From an uncultured Marinoscillum sp. (GTDB taxonomy: Bacteria > Bacteroidota > Bacteroidia > Cytophagales > MED-G16), in NCBI GenBank assembly GCA_902529805.1, contig CABZXU010000001.1, positions 41,841 to 105,840 on the forward strand: a stretch of 64,000 nucleotides of DNA, read 5' to 3'. The notes beneath the pieces are model-generated. The model searched no databases. It worked only from the letters and a program-made list of their open reading frames with translations, and was not told the DNA's origin. The translations under genes were made by a program, and so were the position numbers. Below, in pieces: positions 1-10,777 of the stretch. Every line of letters begins with the position of its first letter. The first letter of the stretch is position 1.

Positions 1-420
1 AGTTTCTTCACCTATAATTGTATTTGTATAATCATCAGTAATTGAAGACCTCTGAACGAGATCATCATTTGTGAAATCAGTACCCATCCAATTTTGCATC
101 ATCATTGAAGGAGGAAGTTTTATAGTTCTTTCTATTGATGGAACATAATTCCAAACTTCATTTTCTCTTTTTAAAAATACTGTTCCTTTTTCTTTAGCTG
201 GTGTTAAAACCACTGAAGTAAAATAATCTTCACCTACTGACCACCCTTTCATTGTCATCTCTTTTTTCCATTTTGGTCTTACAACAGTAATAATCATTTC
301 AGTGTAAGATGACTTAACCCCTCTAATTTTTTCCTCAGATTGTTTTAAAATATTATTAGCATCTTGAGAGTATATTAAATAACTTAAGAAGAATAGAAAA
401 ACGATTAATAATTTTCTCAT
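1..420 (-). CDS. Outer-membrane lipoprotein-sorting protein (LolA-like), 5' part; runs off the window edge
   Basis: Manual translation from ATG at 420: MRKLLIVFLFFLSYLIYSQDANNILKQSEEKIRG...VVRPKWKKEMTMKGWS...PAKEKGTVFLKRENEVWNYVPSIERTIKLPPSMMMQNWMGTDFTNDDL, typical of the LolA-like family. Absent from the ORF track because it is truncated. Confidence 0.85.
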   Translation of the reverse strand, partial: MRKLLIVFLFFLSYLIYSQDANNILKQSEEKIRGVKSSYTEMIITVVRPKWKKEMTMKGWSVGEDYFTSVVLTPAKEKGTVFLKRENEVWNYVPSIERTIKLPPSMMMQNWMGTDFTNDDLVQRSSITDDYTNTIIGEET

Positions 421-466
421 ATTACAATTACGAATTTAAAAAATAAATGATATACAATTTAAAATA

Positions 467-474
467 TAAATTTG
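467..474 (+). promoter_or_regulatory. Bacteroidota primary-sigma -7 element (TAAATTTG)
   Basis: Matches TAnnTTTG and ends 5 nt before the ATG at 480, implying a very short or absent leader. Confidence 0.45.
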
Positions 475-479
475 TTTGA

Positions 480-851
480 ATGAAAATATTTAAACTATTT
501 ACAATTCTATTGATGTCCATCTTTTATGTTCGTATAGGTGTGCACCATTTTTTAGATCCAGAATATTTTTTAAATATAATGCCTCCATTCTTACCTTATC
601 ATCTTGAACTAGTTTATATAAGTGGTTTTTTTGAAATATTATTAGGTCTTCTATTAATCTTTCCAAAATACAGATTTTATGCATCATGGGGTTTAATAAT
701 TCTCCTAATAGCTGTTTTTCCGGCAAATATTTATCTTGCCCAAAGCGAAATTGCACAACAAGGATTAAATGTAAGTAAAGAAGTTGCAATATGGAGACTC
801 CCCTTTCAAGCATTATTTATTGGACTAGCTTATTGGCATTCAAAAAAATAA
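480..851 (+). CDS. DoxX-like membrane protein
   Basis: 123 aa with about 4 hydrophobic segments. HF..P..F..IMP, SGFFEI, FPANIY and RLPFQ motifs. Confidence 0.8.
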   Translation: MKIFKLFTILLMSIFYVRIGVHHFLDPEYFLNIMPPFLPYHLELVYISGFFEILLGLLLIFPKYRFYASWGLIILLIAVFPANIYLAQSEIAQQGLNVSKEVAIWRLPFQALFIGLAYWHSKK

Positions 852-853
852 AT

Positions 854-1792
854 CTAATTTTTTTGCCTATATAACGATTTCCAAGAATTAGATTTTAAAC
901 TTTCACTCCAATATTTTATTAACCTTATCAACAATGATCTATGAAAACTAGAAAAAGGAAACAATGGTAATAACCCAACAGTAGTCACAGAAATTAAAAG
1001 AAAATGACTTAGTTTTTTTTCAAATCCTTTAACATGCTTATCTATAAAAATGTGTTTTGAAGAAATTAATTCTGATTTTGTAATTAATTTAATTTTTTTA
1101 TTTTTTCTTGATGAACCACCATGCATATGATAATAATCCCAGTCATAAATTACACATGCATGCAACCCTTTTTCATAAGCTCTTTTACAAATATCCATAT
1201 CCTCAGCATACATCCAAAAATCCTCATCCCAACCTCCAATAGATTTAAAATCATTTCTTCTTATTAAAAGAAATGATCCGGAAACCCAACCTATCATGAT
1301 TACTTTTTTTCCATCAATTTTTTTTATTTCTCTATTACTTTTTTTTAATAAAATATAAAATTGTCTTATGAAATTAGTTACTGTCCAAAAGTTAAAATAA
1401 AAGCCATGAGAAAATGATTTATTTAAATAAGCATTTTTAGATCTTATAGAAATAATTTTTAATTCCTTATTCCTTTCACAGAAAGGGATAAGTTTTTTAA
1501 AACAATCTTTAGGAACAACTGAATCAGGATTCAAAAATAATAACCAAGGAGACTTTGCATGTTTAGCTCCAATATTACAAGCTGTAGAAAATCCAGAATT
1601 ATAGTTAAGTTTTATCCATTTAATTGATTTATACTTTGATTCAAAGTTTTGTATTTTACCATCATTTGAAAAGTTATCTACCACAATTATATTTGGCATT
1701 CCAGAATCCTGAGTTATCAGACTATCTAAACACTTGGATAAATAATCCCAAGATTTATAATTTACAATTATTACAGTAAGCTTTGAATCCAT
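854..1792 (-). CDS. Glycosyltransferase family 2 (WbbL/rhamnosyltransferase-like)
   Basis: IIVNY, VVDNFSND, NSGFSTACN, FLNPD, VSGSFLLIR, GGWDEDFWMYAEDMDIC motifs. Confidence 0.92.
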   Translation of the reverse strand: MDSKLTVIIVNYKSWDYLSKCLDSLITQDSGMPNIIVVDNFSNDGKIQNFESKYKSIKWIKLNYNSGFSTACNIGAKHAKSPWLLFLNPDSVVPKDCFKKLIPFCERNKELKIISIRSKNAYLNKSFSHGFYFNFWTVTNFIRQFYILLKKSNREIKKIDGKKVIMIGWVSGSFLLIRRNDFKSIGGWDEDFWMYAEDMDICKRAYEKGLHACVIYDWDYYHMHGGSSRKNKKIKLITKSELISSKHIFIDKHVKGFEKKLSHFLLISVTTVGLLPLFPFSSFHRSLLIRLIKYWSESLKSNSWKSLYRQKN

Positions 1793-1878
1793 TTTTTAAA
1801 AAAAATTAATTTGTAAATCTAATTTACTTTTATTTTATTTTTATTCTATATTTAAGAATCAACTTAAATTAACTTAAA

Positions 1879-4800
1879 ATGAAAAATCAATTTATACTTT
1901 TTATAGCAATTGGCATTTTATGTTCCATGTCATTGCATTCTCAAACAATAAATAAAGAAATTATAAAAGACATGAAATTTAGACATGTCGGTCCAATTGG
2001 AAATAGACTTACAACAGTTGCTGGAGTTCCAAATGACCCTATGACTTATTATGTAGGAGCCGCATCAGGTGGTGTATGGAAGACAACTGATGGTGGATTA
2101 AACTGGAAACCAATTTTTGATACTCAAGAAGTTCATTCTATTGGCTCAATATCCGTTGCTCCATCAGATCCGATGACAATTTATGTAGGAACCGGTGAAA
2201 GTTCAATCCGATCAAACGTTTCTATTGGTAATGGAATGTATAAGTCTGAAGATGGTGGAGATACCTGGGAGCATATAGGATTAAAAAATTCAGGAAGAAT
2301 TAGTAGAATTGTTGTTCATCCAAAAAATAGAAATTTAATTTATGTAGGAGCTTTAGGGCATGCATATGCCCCTCAAAAAGAAAGAGGAGTTTTTATGAGT
2401 GATAATGGAGGACAAACTTGGAAACATGTGCTTTATATAGACAATAATACAGGGATTTCTGATATTGTAATGGATCCTGACAATTCTAGAATTTTATTTG
2501 CTGGCGCGTGGCAGCTTGATCTTAAAACATGGAGAAGAATAAGTGGTGGACCTGGAAGTGGTTTATTTAAATCTGTGGATGGAGGTAATACGTGGAATAG
2601 ATTAAAAGGAAATGGATTGCCAAATAAAGATGTTGGTAAAATTGCTCTTGCAATGACACCAGCTAGTCCTGATAGATTGTATGCACTCATTGAAACAGGT
2701 GACGGTGTCCCTTATATGGGAAAAGAAACAGAATCAGGAGAACTATGGAGATCGGATGATAATGGAAAAACTTTTAAACTGATTAACTCAAATAGAAACC
2801 TTGGAGGAAGACAAGCTTACTATACAAGAACTGCTGCTTCTACAGACAATCCTAATGAACTATACTTTATGAGCAATAGGTTTTATTCAAGTATTGATGG
2901 TGGAGTTTCATTAGAAAACAGGCCTCAACTTTCCTCTCCTAATTGGGATCATCATGAAATGTGGATAGATCCATTTAACGGTGATAGAATGGCTGTAGCT
3001 GGTGACGGTGGAATCTCAATTTCCCAAAATCGAGGTAAGTCATGGCATAGAACATTTTTACCTATAGCACAATTATATCATGTAACTACTGATAATAATG
3101 TTCCATATAATGTATTGACCAATAGACAAGATGGTCCTTCAATGAAAGGTCCAAGTAGATCAAGGACAGGGAATTGGTTTGGTCCTGGAATGATCCAATC
3201 AGGAATGTGGAGAGAAATTGGTGGAGGAGAAAGTGGTTTTGCTACTGCAGACCCTAAAAATCCAGATATTGTTTGGTCTAGCGCATCTGGATACGGTCCA
3301 TTAGGAGGTATTGTTACTAGATATAATGAAAATACAAATCAGTATAGACAACTGGAAGTGTGGCCAGAATTTACTGCTGGAAGTCATGCTTCACTACTTA
3401 AGTACAGGTTTCAATGGACATTCCCACTATTAATTTCACCTCATGATAATAAAACAATTTATGTTACCAGTCAACATGTCCATAGAACAACAAATGACGG
3501 TCAAACATGGGAAGTTATTAGTCCTGATTTATCATTAAATGATAAAAATATGCAGGGATTTTCTGGTGGACTAACTGGGGATAACATTGCAGTTGAATAT
3601 GCAAATGTTATTTATGCCTTTGATGAATCTCCCGTACAAAAAGGAGTCTTATGGGCAGGCACAAATGATGGACTTGTACATATCAGTCAGGATAACGGAA
3701 AAACTTGGAACAATGTAACAAAAAATATTCCTAACCTTCCAAAGCTAGGAGTTGTTAGAAATATTGATGCATCTAAATGGAATGCAGGAAAAGCTTATTT
3801 AACAATAGAATTTCATCAGATTGGAAATTTTGAACCTTATGTTTATAAAACTGAAAATTTTGGTAAATCATGGAAAAAAATAACTGAAGGAATAAAATCT
3901 GGAAATCTAAGCTATACTAGATGTATTAAAGAAGATCCTGTAAAAGAAGGTCTCTTATATCTTGGTACAGAAAATGCATTGTATGTTTCTAATGATGATG
4001 GAGAGAATTGGCAAAATCTTATGTCTAACCTTCCCCATTCTCCTATGTACTGGATGGAAGTTCAAGAACATTTCAATGACCTTGTTGTTGGAACATATGG
4101 AAGAGGAATATGGATTCTAGATGATATATCTCCATTACAACAACTTGATGAAAGTATTGAAAAGAAAGAATCACATCTTTTTGATATAAAACCATCATAT
4201 AGATTCCAAAATGTTACAAGTAGTCTTCAAATGTTTCCAGAAGCATCTACTGGTCAAGATCCTCCTAATGGAGCATCTATAAATTATTGGTTAAAAGAAA
4301 AACAAGATGATATAGAAATCATTGTCACAAATCAAAAAAATGACACGATTAAAACGATAAAAGAAAAAGGAAGTAAAGGAATAAACAGAATATGGTGGGA
4401 TTTTTCAGGTGAAAAAACGGATGATATTGTTTTTAGAACAAAACCATTATATGCAGATTGGGTTTCGCTTGATAAAAATAGAGAAAGAAAAGTGCCATAC
4501 AATTTTTCTATATTGTCTCCTCCAGGTACATACAATATAACCTTAAAATCAGGTGAAAATACTATGACTAAATCTTTGGAAGTAATAAAAGACCCTCACT
4601 CTGAAGGAACGATAGAAGATATAATGCTCCAAAATCAATTAGTAACAAAAATTTATGATGATATAAATCTTGCTATTCATTATATTAACTCAATTGAAGT
4701 AGTTAGAAGACAACTCCTTGATCTTAAGGCTATGCTCAAAAATACAAATCATAAAGAAGAGCTAATTTCATTAGTTGATGATTTAGAATCAGAATTTTTA

Positions 4801-5076
4801 GAGCTTGAAAAACAACTGACACAGCTAAAAACTACCGGGACAGGTCAAGATGAAGTTAGGTATGAAAAAATGATAGGAGAAAAATTATCTTATTTGGCTG
4901 ATAACGTTCAGATTTCTGATTTCAGACCTGCAGATTCATATTATGAAGTACATAAATTATTAAAATCCAGACTAGATAAAGTTGGTGAACAATTTGAAAA
5001 GTTAAAAAATGAAAACTTAAAAAATACATTAAGTTCTTTAAGAGATAAAGGCGTAGACATAATCGTTATGGAATAA
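1879..5076 (+). CDS. Secreted VPS10/sortilin-like BNR (Asp-box) beta-propeller protein
   Basis: Signal peptide, many S/T-x-D-G-G-x-T-W Asp-boxes (TTDGGLNW, SEDGGDTW, SDNGGQTW, SVDGGNTW, SQDNGKTW) and a C-terminal helical/coiled region. Confidence 0.88.
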   Translation: MKNQFILFIAIGILCSMSLHSQTINKEIIKDMKFRHVGPIGNRLTTVAGVPNDPMTYYVGAASGGVWKTTDGGLNWKPIFDTQEVHSIGSISVAPSDPMTIYVGTGESSIRSNVSIGNGMYKSEDGGDTWEHIGLKNSGRISRIVVHPKNRNLIYVGALGHAYAPQKERGVFMSDNGGQTWKHVLYIDNNTGISDIVMDPDNSRILFAGAWQLDLKTWRRISGGPGSGLFKSVDGGNTWNRLKGNGLPNKDVGKIALAMTPASPDRLYALIETGDGVPYMGKETESGELWRSDDNGKTFKLINSNRNLGGRQAYYTRTAASTDNPNELYFMSNRFYSSIDGGVSLENRPQLSSPNWDHHEMWIDPFNGDRMAVAGDGGISISQNRGKSWHRTFLPIAQLYHVTTDNNVPYNVLTNRQDGPSMKGPSRSRTGNWFGPGMIQSGMWREIGGGESGFATADPKNPDIVWSSASGYGPLGGIVTRYNENTNQYRQLEVWPEFTAGSHASLLKYRFQWTFPLLISPHDNKTIYVTSQHVHRTTNDGQTWEVISPDLSLNDKNMQGFSGGLTGDNIAVEYANVIYAFDESPVQKGVLWAGTNDGLVHISQDNGKTWNNVTKNIPNLPKLGVVRNIDASKWNAGKAYLTIEFHQIGNFEPYVYKTENFGKSWKKITEGIKSGNLSYTRCIKEDPVKEGLLYLGTENALYVSNDDGENWQNLMSNLPHSPMYWMEVQEHFNDLVVGTYGRGIWILDDISPLQQLDESIEKKESHLFDIKPSYRFQNVTSSLQMFPEASTGQDPPNGASINYWLKEKQDDIEIIVTNQKNDTIKTIKEKGSKGINRIWWDFSGEKTDDIVFRTKPLYADWVSLDKNRERKVPYNFSILSPPGTYNITLKSGENTMTKSLEVIKDPHSEGTIEDIMLQNQLVTKIYDDINLAIHYINSIEVVRRQLLDLKAMLKNTNHKEELISLVDDLESEFLELEKQLTQLKTTGTGQDEVRYEKMIGEKLSYLADNVQISDFRPADSYYEVHKLLKSRLDKVGEQFEKLKNENLKNTLSSLRDKGVDIIVME

Positions 5077-5081
5077 TTTGT

Positions 5082-5909
5082 TTACTCTTTTACAATTTCA
5101 AAAGAAGTGGTGTCACTAGCAAAAGCTGAAAATACACCAAACGCATTAATGATATTTGATGGAGGTTCATTTAATTCATTTCCATCTTGTTCTTGATTTT
5201 CAAATAGACTTACATAATCTTGGTTAATCTTAAATAGAGAAATTTTATACTTACCATAATTTTTTAAACTCAAACCTATTATAGTATATTCTTCATCTTT
5301 TGTTGGCTCTGAAACTATTGAAAAATTTTCAAAAAAATTTCCAACACCAGCTGGTAGTTCATCTGAAAAAATAGGGTTTTCAGAATCTCCTACATATTTT
5401 ATAGTTAGATAGTGATATTCACTATTAGGATTATCCCAAGATATTTTTACCCTAGCATTTTCATATAAATTTGCAAGAATGGTTGGGAGAGCTCTTGAAA
5501 GAGGTAACTCAGGAATTATAATTTTATTTTCAGATAATGCCAGGCCAATTGGTTTTGTTGGAACCGAAGTTTCTGAGGTAGCTATTCTATCATTTACAGT
5601 TACCTGAAGACCATATTTTTTATTTGATATGATATTTAAATCATTATTTCCATAAACATACTTCATTGAATTAACATCGTAATCTAATTCATAATTAGCT
5701 CCATCATAAATGATTTTAACTTTTGCATCTGAAATAGCTTCTTCCGTTGTATCTGAACTATTATACAATTTTGCTTTAATAATTTTAATATCATCAATAG
5801 GTTCTCCTTGAAATAAAAATGCTTCTACTACAAAATTTTCTGCAATAGAAGTTTCTTCATCGCAAGAAAGAAGAAAAAATATTAATAGAAAATAAAAATG
5901 ATTTCTCAT
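5082..5909 (-). CDS. DUF4249-like lipoprotein, partner of the upstream TonB-dependent receptor
   Basis: Lipobox LLSC followed by acidic DEE; VVEAFL near the N-terminus; C-terminal PSNIINAFGVFSA; 2 bp downstream of the TBDR. Confidence 0.75.
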   Translation of the reverse strand: MRNHFYFLLIFFLLSCDEETSIAENFVVEAFLFQGEPIDDIKIIKAKLYNSSDTTEEAISDAKVKIIYDGANYELDYDVNSMKYVYGNNDLNIISNKKYGLQVTVNDRIATSETSVPTKPIGLALSENKIIIPELPLSRALPTILANLYENARVKISWDNPNSEYHYLTIKYVGDSENPIFSDELPAGVGNFFENFSIVSEPTKDEEYTIIGLSLKNYGKYKISLFKINQDYVSLFENQEQDGNELNEPPSNIINAFGVFSAFASDTTSFEIVKE

Positions 5910-5911
5910 AA

Positions 5912-8275
5912 TTAAAATTCAAATTTTAAATTTATGTTCGGAACAAAACCAAGATATTTTACTCTAGTTTTTAAAACTGGATCTTGGTTAAAGTCATATT
6001 CGTAATACCATAAATTTGCTCTGTTATAAATATTAAATACTGACAACCCTATATCACCTTTTGTTCCATTAAAAGTAAATATATGATGAACCCCAATGTC
6101 CATTCTATGATAATCTGGAAGAAGGGATCCATTTTTAGGCCCTACTCCAATAAACGATAGCTTTGATTCATCAAGTAGGTTAATATTATATTTATAAGAA
6201 GGCTCAGTATATGGTTGACCGGAACCATATATAAAAGAAACTGAAAAATTCCAACCATTTATCTCGTAGTTATTAAATATTTTAAATTCATTTTTTTGAG
6301 TATTTCTACCTGGAAATTTTTTTCCTTCATTCAATAATGGAAATAAATGTTCTACATCTGTGTATGTATAAGAAATCCAACCTGTATATTTTTCTATCTT
6401 TTTTTGTAATAAAACTTCAAAGCCTTTAACCTCCCCTGATCCATTAAAAAATAAAGCCCTTAGGTTACTAGATTGTCGTAAAGAAAATTCAGTTAAATTT
6501 TCAAGTTCCTTGTAAAACCCTTCAACATCAATTAACCACGCATCTCTCTCGTAAGAAATGCCAGCTACATAATGTGTCGCCTTTCCAATGTTAACTTCTT
6601 CACCATTTGCTAAAAGCCAAAAATCTCTTGAGCTTGAAGTTACTGATTCACCTAAAATCATTTTAACAAATTGATAGTGAACTCCATAACCCAACTTTAG
6701 TTTTATATTTTCAAATATTTTATAGTCTAAACTAGCCCTAGGAGAAAAATAATTTTTTTTATTAAAATCATATCTATTCCCTCTCATTCCTAACTTTATT
6801 TTAAGGTTTTTAACTGAATTCAAATTATATGAAAGGTAATACGAATACAATTTTGAATCTTGATCTGTAGTAATAAGATTTAGTGTATCATCTCTAACAA
6901 ATGAATAATCAACTGATGATTTGGTATATTCTAAACCAAATTCTAAGTTATTATTTTTACGTAAGACAAATTCCCCATCATATCTAGCAGTAAAATCTTT
7001 TACATTATTTTTTTGAATCAACTTTAATTTGAAATCTAAAATGGTAGAATCCGTATCAGGTATGTTGACGTTTACAGAATAATTATCGTCTCTATTATTG
7101 AAATATTCTGAATATGAGATATTTAAGCTATTATAAAATTTTGGATTCCATTGCCTTGACCATTTAAAACCATATCCATCATTGCCCCATTTTGATATTT
7201 TAGAAACATCTCCAAGAATATTTATTTTCTCTGGGCCAATATCAGGATAAATTAACCGATCTGTGGCGCTAATTTCATCTAAATTATCTTGGCCTTTATA
7301 ATAGCTAAATGTAATTAGATCTTTATTAGAAGGCTTATAAGAAAGCTTTGAATTAAAATCGAAAAAATTAAAAGAAGGCACAAATTCTTCTAATGCTTCA
7401 ATGTTTCCACTATCATCTTCGAATTGATTAAATAGCTTTTCAAAAAAAGATGTTTTAAGTAAATCAGTAAATGATCTTCTTCCTGCTATTAATAAACTAA
7501 ATTTTTTTTTAAAAGGTATTTCAATACTTCCTCCTGCACTTAGCAAATTTGCGGAAACTTGACCTTTGATTTCGTTAAAACTCCCAGTTCTTCCAATCAT
7601 ATCAATTACACCTGATAATCTACCTCCATATCGTGCGGGAAAAGCACCCTTATATAAGTCTACGCTCTTTATAGCATTGGCATTAAATGCACTAAAAAAA
7701 CCAAAAAAATGTTCAACATTATAAACTTTGATGCCATCCAAAAGAACTAAATTTTGTTCAGGAGAACCTCCTCTAATATGCAATCCTGAAGTACTTTCAG
7801 AAGTACCACTTACACCTGGAAGCAATTGTAAAGATCTAAATATATCTACTTCACCTATGCTTGGCATCAAATTAATTTGTTTTGTTGAAATTTGATGTCT
7901 GCTAATTTCTGTGTTAGTCTGCAAAAACTTATTTGAATTTGCAGCAATTACAACCTCATTCAAAGTTGAAGTTAATGCAACTAAATTTATTTCTATTGGA
8001 TTATTTAGAACTTGACTTGTAATAATGATTGATTCAGTTTTGTATCCTACATAACTGGCTGTAATAACCATTCCTTCTTTTATATCTCCATTTAATGTGA
8101 AAAATCCATTTTCGTTTGTTGTAGTCCCTAAATTCAATTCACTAACAACCACGTTTGCAAAAGGAAGCTTTTCCTCTGACCCATCTTCTTGAATATATCC
8201 AGATATAAAAACTTGACAATAGGAAGTATGAAACGACAAAATAAGAAATAAGAAAAAAAAGAAAGGTTTTTTCAT
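5912..8275 (-). CDS. TonB-dependent receptor (CarboxypepD_reg-like N-domain, plug, barrel)
   Basis: GTTTNENGFFTL, LQLLPGV, IRGG..QNLVLLDG, YKGAFPARYGGRLSGV, LPDYHRMD, FNIYNR and terminal Phe. Confidence 0.93.
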   Translation of the reverse strand: MKKPFFFFLFLILSFHTSYCQVFISGYIQEDGSEEKLPFANVVVSELNLGTTTNENGFFTLNGDIKEGMVITASYVGYKTESIIITSQVLNNPIEINLVALTSTLNEVVIAANSNKFLQTNTEISRHQISTKQINLMPSIGEVDIFRSLQLLPGVSGTSESTSGLHIRGGSPEQNLVLLDGIKVYNVEHFFGFFSAFNANAIKSVDLYKGAFPARYGGRLSGVIDMIGRTGSFNEIKGQVSANLLSAGGSIEIPFKKKFSLLIAGRRSFTDLLKTSFFEKLFNQFEDDSGNIEALEEFVPSFNFFDFNSKLSYKPSNKDLITFSYYKGQDNLDEISATDRLIYPDIGPEKINILGDVSKISKWGNDGYGFKWSRQWNPKFYNSLNISYSEYFNNRDDNYSVNVNIPDTDSTILDFKLKLIQKNNVKDFTARYDGEFVLRKNNNLEFGLEYTKSSVDYSFVRDDTLNLITTDQDSKLYSYYLSYNLNSVKNLKIKLGMRGNRYDFNKKNYFSPRASLDYKIFENIKLKLGYGVHYQFVKMILGESVTSSSRDFWLLANGEEVNIGKATHYVAGISYERDAWLIDVEGFYKELENLTEFSLRQSSNLRALFFNGSGEVKGFEVLLQKKIEKYTGWISYTYTDVEHLFPLLNEGKKFPGRNTQKNEFKIFNNYEINGWNFSVSFIYGSGQPYTEPSYKYNINLLDESKLSFIGVGPKNGSLLPDYHRMDIGVHHIFTFNGTKGDIGLSVFNIYNRANLWYYEYDFNQDPVLKTRVKYLGFVPNINLKFEF

Positions 8276-8295
8276 TTTTTATTTTTTTATTTTTT

Positions 8296-8303
8296 CAAAA
8301 TTA
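8296..8303 (-). promoter_or_regulatory. -7 promoter element (TAATTTTG) for the 5082-8275 gene pair
   Basis: Exact TAnnTTTG on the minus strand, 20 nt upstream of the ATG. Confidence 0.5.
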
Positions 8304-8358
8304 TAACTGTAATTCCGAAATTCATAATTTTTTGATAGATAGAGAAGGTAGTTGTAAT

Positions 8359-10752
8359 CTATTTCTTTTTGAATGAATAAGAGAGATTAAATACAAAATT
8401 TCTTCCTAGCTCATCTGCAAAATACCTCATGTGATTTAGATAGTTTCTATATTTTTTATTCAATAAATTTTTAATCATAAAAGAAAAAGAAAAATCATCT
8501 ACATTAAATTTCCATGATAGATCTAATAAAAAATATCCGTCTGGAGCATCTTTCATATCAAATATTTTAGAATCCTTAGTTATGTTAACTGACCGATCAA
8601 TTAGACTTTGTGGAGATATTGTTATTGGCGCCTGAAATTGTTTGAATGTATAGCTTGGTAAAAGTGAAATCTCTGAAGAATTAATTTTCCAAAATGAGTT
8701 TGTATTCCAAATCAAATTATTACTTAATCTAATCGGAGGTTGGTCAATTAAGTTATCTTTCTTTTTTAAATTTTTTGACCACAAATAATTAATAATAAAA
8801 TTAGAAGTTATTTTTTCAGAAACTTTTCTTTTAAATGAAAAATCTGAACCTAAAAATATTACATCAGCCTGGTCATATATAAAATAAGGCATCGGGCCTC
8901 TAACTGTACCATAGATACCAATAGGTCTTTCAAAAACATAATTTAAAATATAGTTAGAAAAAAAAGATAACTTCAAATTGTTTTTGACATTATTTAAATT
9001 AAGCTCATTCATAAATTTGAAGGCTTTCTCAGATGAAACCAAGTTCTTTCCCATCTTTATAACTCGATCTGTATTAACATCTGAACCTTCAAAGTAATAC
9101 CTAAAAAGACCAAAAGTTGTTTTAAATCCATGTCCTCCATAAGAATATAATTCAGCCATGTTTGGAGTTCTCCAAGCGGAACCAAAATTTGAACTAAAAG
9201 AAAAACTTTCTGATATTTCATTTTGGTATCCAATTGATAAAGTGACATTAGTTTTTGTAAATTCATCTGAAAAAATATTTTGGTTGGTTTCTCTTCCTCG
9301 AACATTATTCTTTTCAGTATCTAATCTTATACCAGCTTCAAATAAACTTTTTCCAATTCTTTTTGATTCTAAAATAAAAAAACTCAATCTGTTAATATTA
9401 TAGTTTGGTATAAAAGGAGTCGTACCGGTTCCAGGATTATTATCGTTGTCTTGATTAAAAAAATGTATGCCAACTAAGCCATCAAAATCATCACTAAAAG
9501 AATGGTTCCATTCAAGTAAATAATCAAATGTATTTAAATCTAAATCCAGAATCGGCGCCTGAGCATTCCTTCTAACATCAAATTCTTTTCTTCCATTTAA
9601 TTGCCCTCCAAATGTTAAAGATATTTTTTGATTTTCTTTATACCACCAATCTATACTCGCCTTTGCAAAATGATGGTTTGCAAGCTGATATGGTTCATTT
9701 ATTGTATAAGAAAATGGTCTAATAAATAATGGGACATCGGAACTTAATGCTCTTGATATTGCATCACCACTATGAAAAAATGAAGATCTTAATAAAGCTA
9801 ATTTTTGATCCAAATAGCTGTAATATAATTTTATATCAAAATTATTTAGATGATAATGAAATCCAAGATTTAATGCTTTTTCTTCTTTTCCTGAATTAGT
9901 AAGAGAGTATGATGGAGCATGTCTATCTCCAATTTTGATATAATCTGCACTTAAAAAGTATCCAAATTTTTTATAACCAGTTCCTGTTTTGAAATTAAAA
10001 TTATACCCTTTGCCATTGGTTTGAAACCCAGAGCTTAGATCTAAATAAAATGGATTATTCAATTTTATAAAATTAGGTTGAATTATAATAGCACCACCAA
10101 GACCTTCAGGACCAAAGCGAACGCCAGATGATCCTTTTAAAATGGTAATGGCCTCTGCCGATGATACATTTATTTCAGGAGCATGATCCTTACCCCAATT
10201 TTGAAAACCATGTTTGATGTAATTATTTAAAACTAAAATTCTATTTCCATACAGCCCATGAATGACTGGAAGCTCAACGTTAGATCCTACTGAAGAGAAT
10301 GTTACTCCATCAATGTCACTGATTAAACTAGCAAGAGATTGGGTTGGATCAATTGATAAATCCTTTACATTCACAGATCTTTGAGAAATAGTTTTTATTC
10401 CAACATTTTCTTCTTTATCATCAACAATCAAAACAGAATTTAGTTCAAAAGTTTCTTGAGATAAATATATGGTTACATTTTTTTTATTGATTTGAAAAAT
10501 AGAATCATAATAACCAACTCTTGTAATAATTGATTTAAAATTATAAGAGCACAAATTATCTAGTACAAAATTGCCTTCTTCATCTGTTATAGCAAACTTT
10601 TGAGATTCGTCGATTTGTATTAAAACACTAGATAGGGGCTCTTTCGTTTCGTTATCTAAAACTTTTCCATTTACAGAAAGAGAACAGTCATTCTGAGAAT
10701 AAATATTACTATTTATTATAATAAAAGAAATAAGCAAAAAGAAAATTCTCAT
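8359..10752 (-). CDS. TonB-dependent transporter, probably for a transition metal
   Basis: N-terminal carboxypeptidase-regulatory-like domain. Plug PVIHGLYGNR and QNWGKDHAPEIN; barrel ELYSYGGH and YRNYLNHMRYFADELGRNF. This pattern resembles ZnuD-like/metal TBDTs. Sits downstream of a His/Cys leader. Confidence 0.88.
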   Translation of the reverse strand: MRIFFLLISFIIINSNIYSQNDCSLSVNGKVLDNETKEPLSSVLIQIDESQKFAITDEEGNFVLDNLCSYNFKSIITRVGYYDSIFQINKKNVTIYLSQETFELNSVLIVDDKEENVGIKTISQRSVNVKDLSIDPTQSLASLISDIDGVTFSSVGSNVELPVIHGLYGNRILVLNNYIKHGFQNWGKDHAPEINVSSAEAITILKGSSGVRFGPEGLGGAIIIQPNFIKLNNPFYLDLSSGFQTNGKGYNFNFKTGTGYKKFGYFLSADYIKIGDRHAPSYSLTNSGKEEKALNLGFHYHLNNFDIKLYYSYLDQKLALLRSSFFHSGDAISRALSSDVPLFIRPFSYTINEPYQLANHHFAKASIDWWYKENQKISLTFGGQLNGRKEFDVRRNAQAPILDLDLNTFDYLLEWNHSFSDDFDGLVGIHFFNQDNDNNPGTGTTPFIPNYNINRLSFFILESKRIGKSLFEAGIRLDTEKNNVRGRETNQNIFSDEFTKTNVTLSIGYQNEISESFSFSSNFGSAWRTPNMAELYSYGGHGFKTTFGLFRYYFEGSDVNTDRVIKMGKNLVSSEKAFKFMNELNLNNVKNNLKLSFFSNYILNYVFERPIGIYGTVRGPMPYFIYDQADVIFLGSDFSFKRKVSEKITSNFIINYLWSKNLKKKDNLIDQPPIRLSNNLIWNTNSFWKINSSEISLLPSYTFKQFQAPITISPQSLIDRSVNITKDSKIFDMKDAPDGYFLLDLSWKFNVDDFSFSFMIKNLLNKKYRNYLNHMRYFADELGRNFVFNLSYSFKKK

Positions 10753-10777
10753 TAAGATAAAGTAAAAATAAACTTGC

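Noticed and set aside
1879..4100. Recurrent GATGGTGGA/GATAATGGA-like short repeats
   Set aside because: These are coding Asp-box repeats with irregular spacing, not a CRISPR array.
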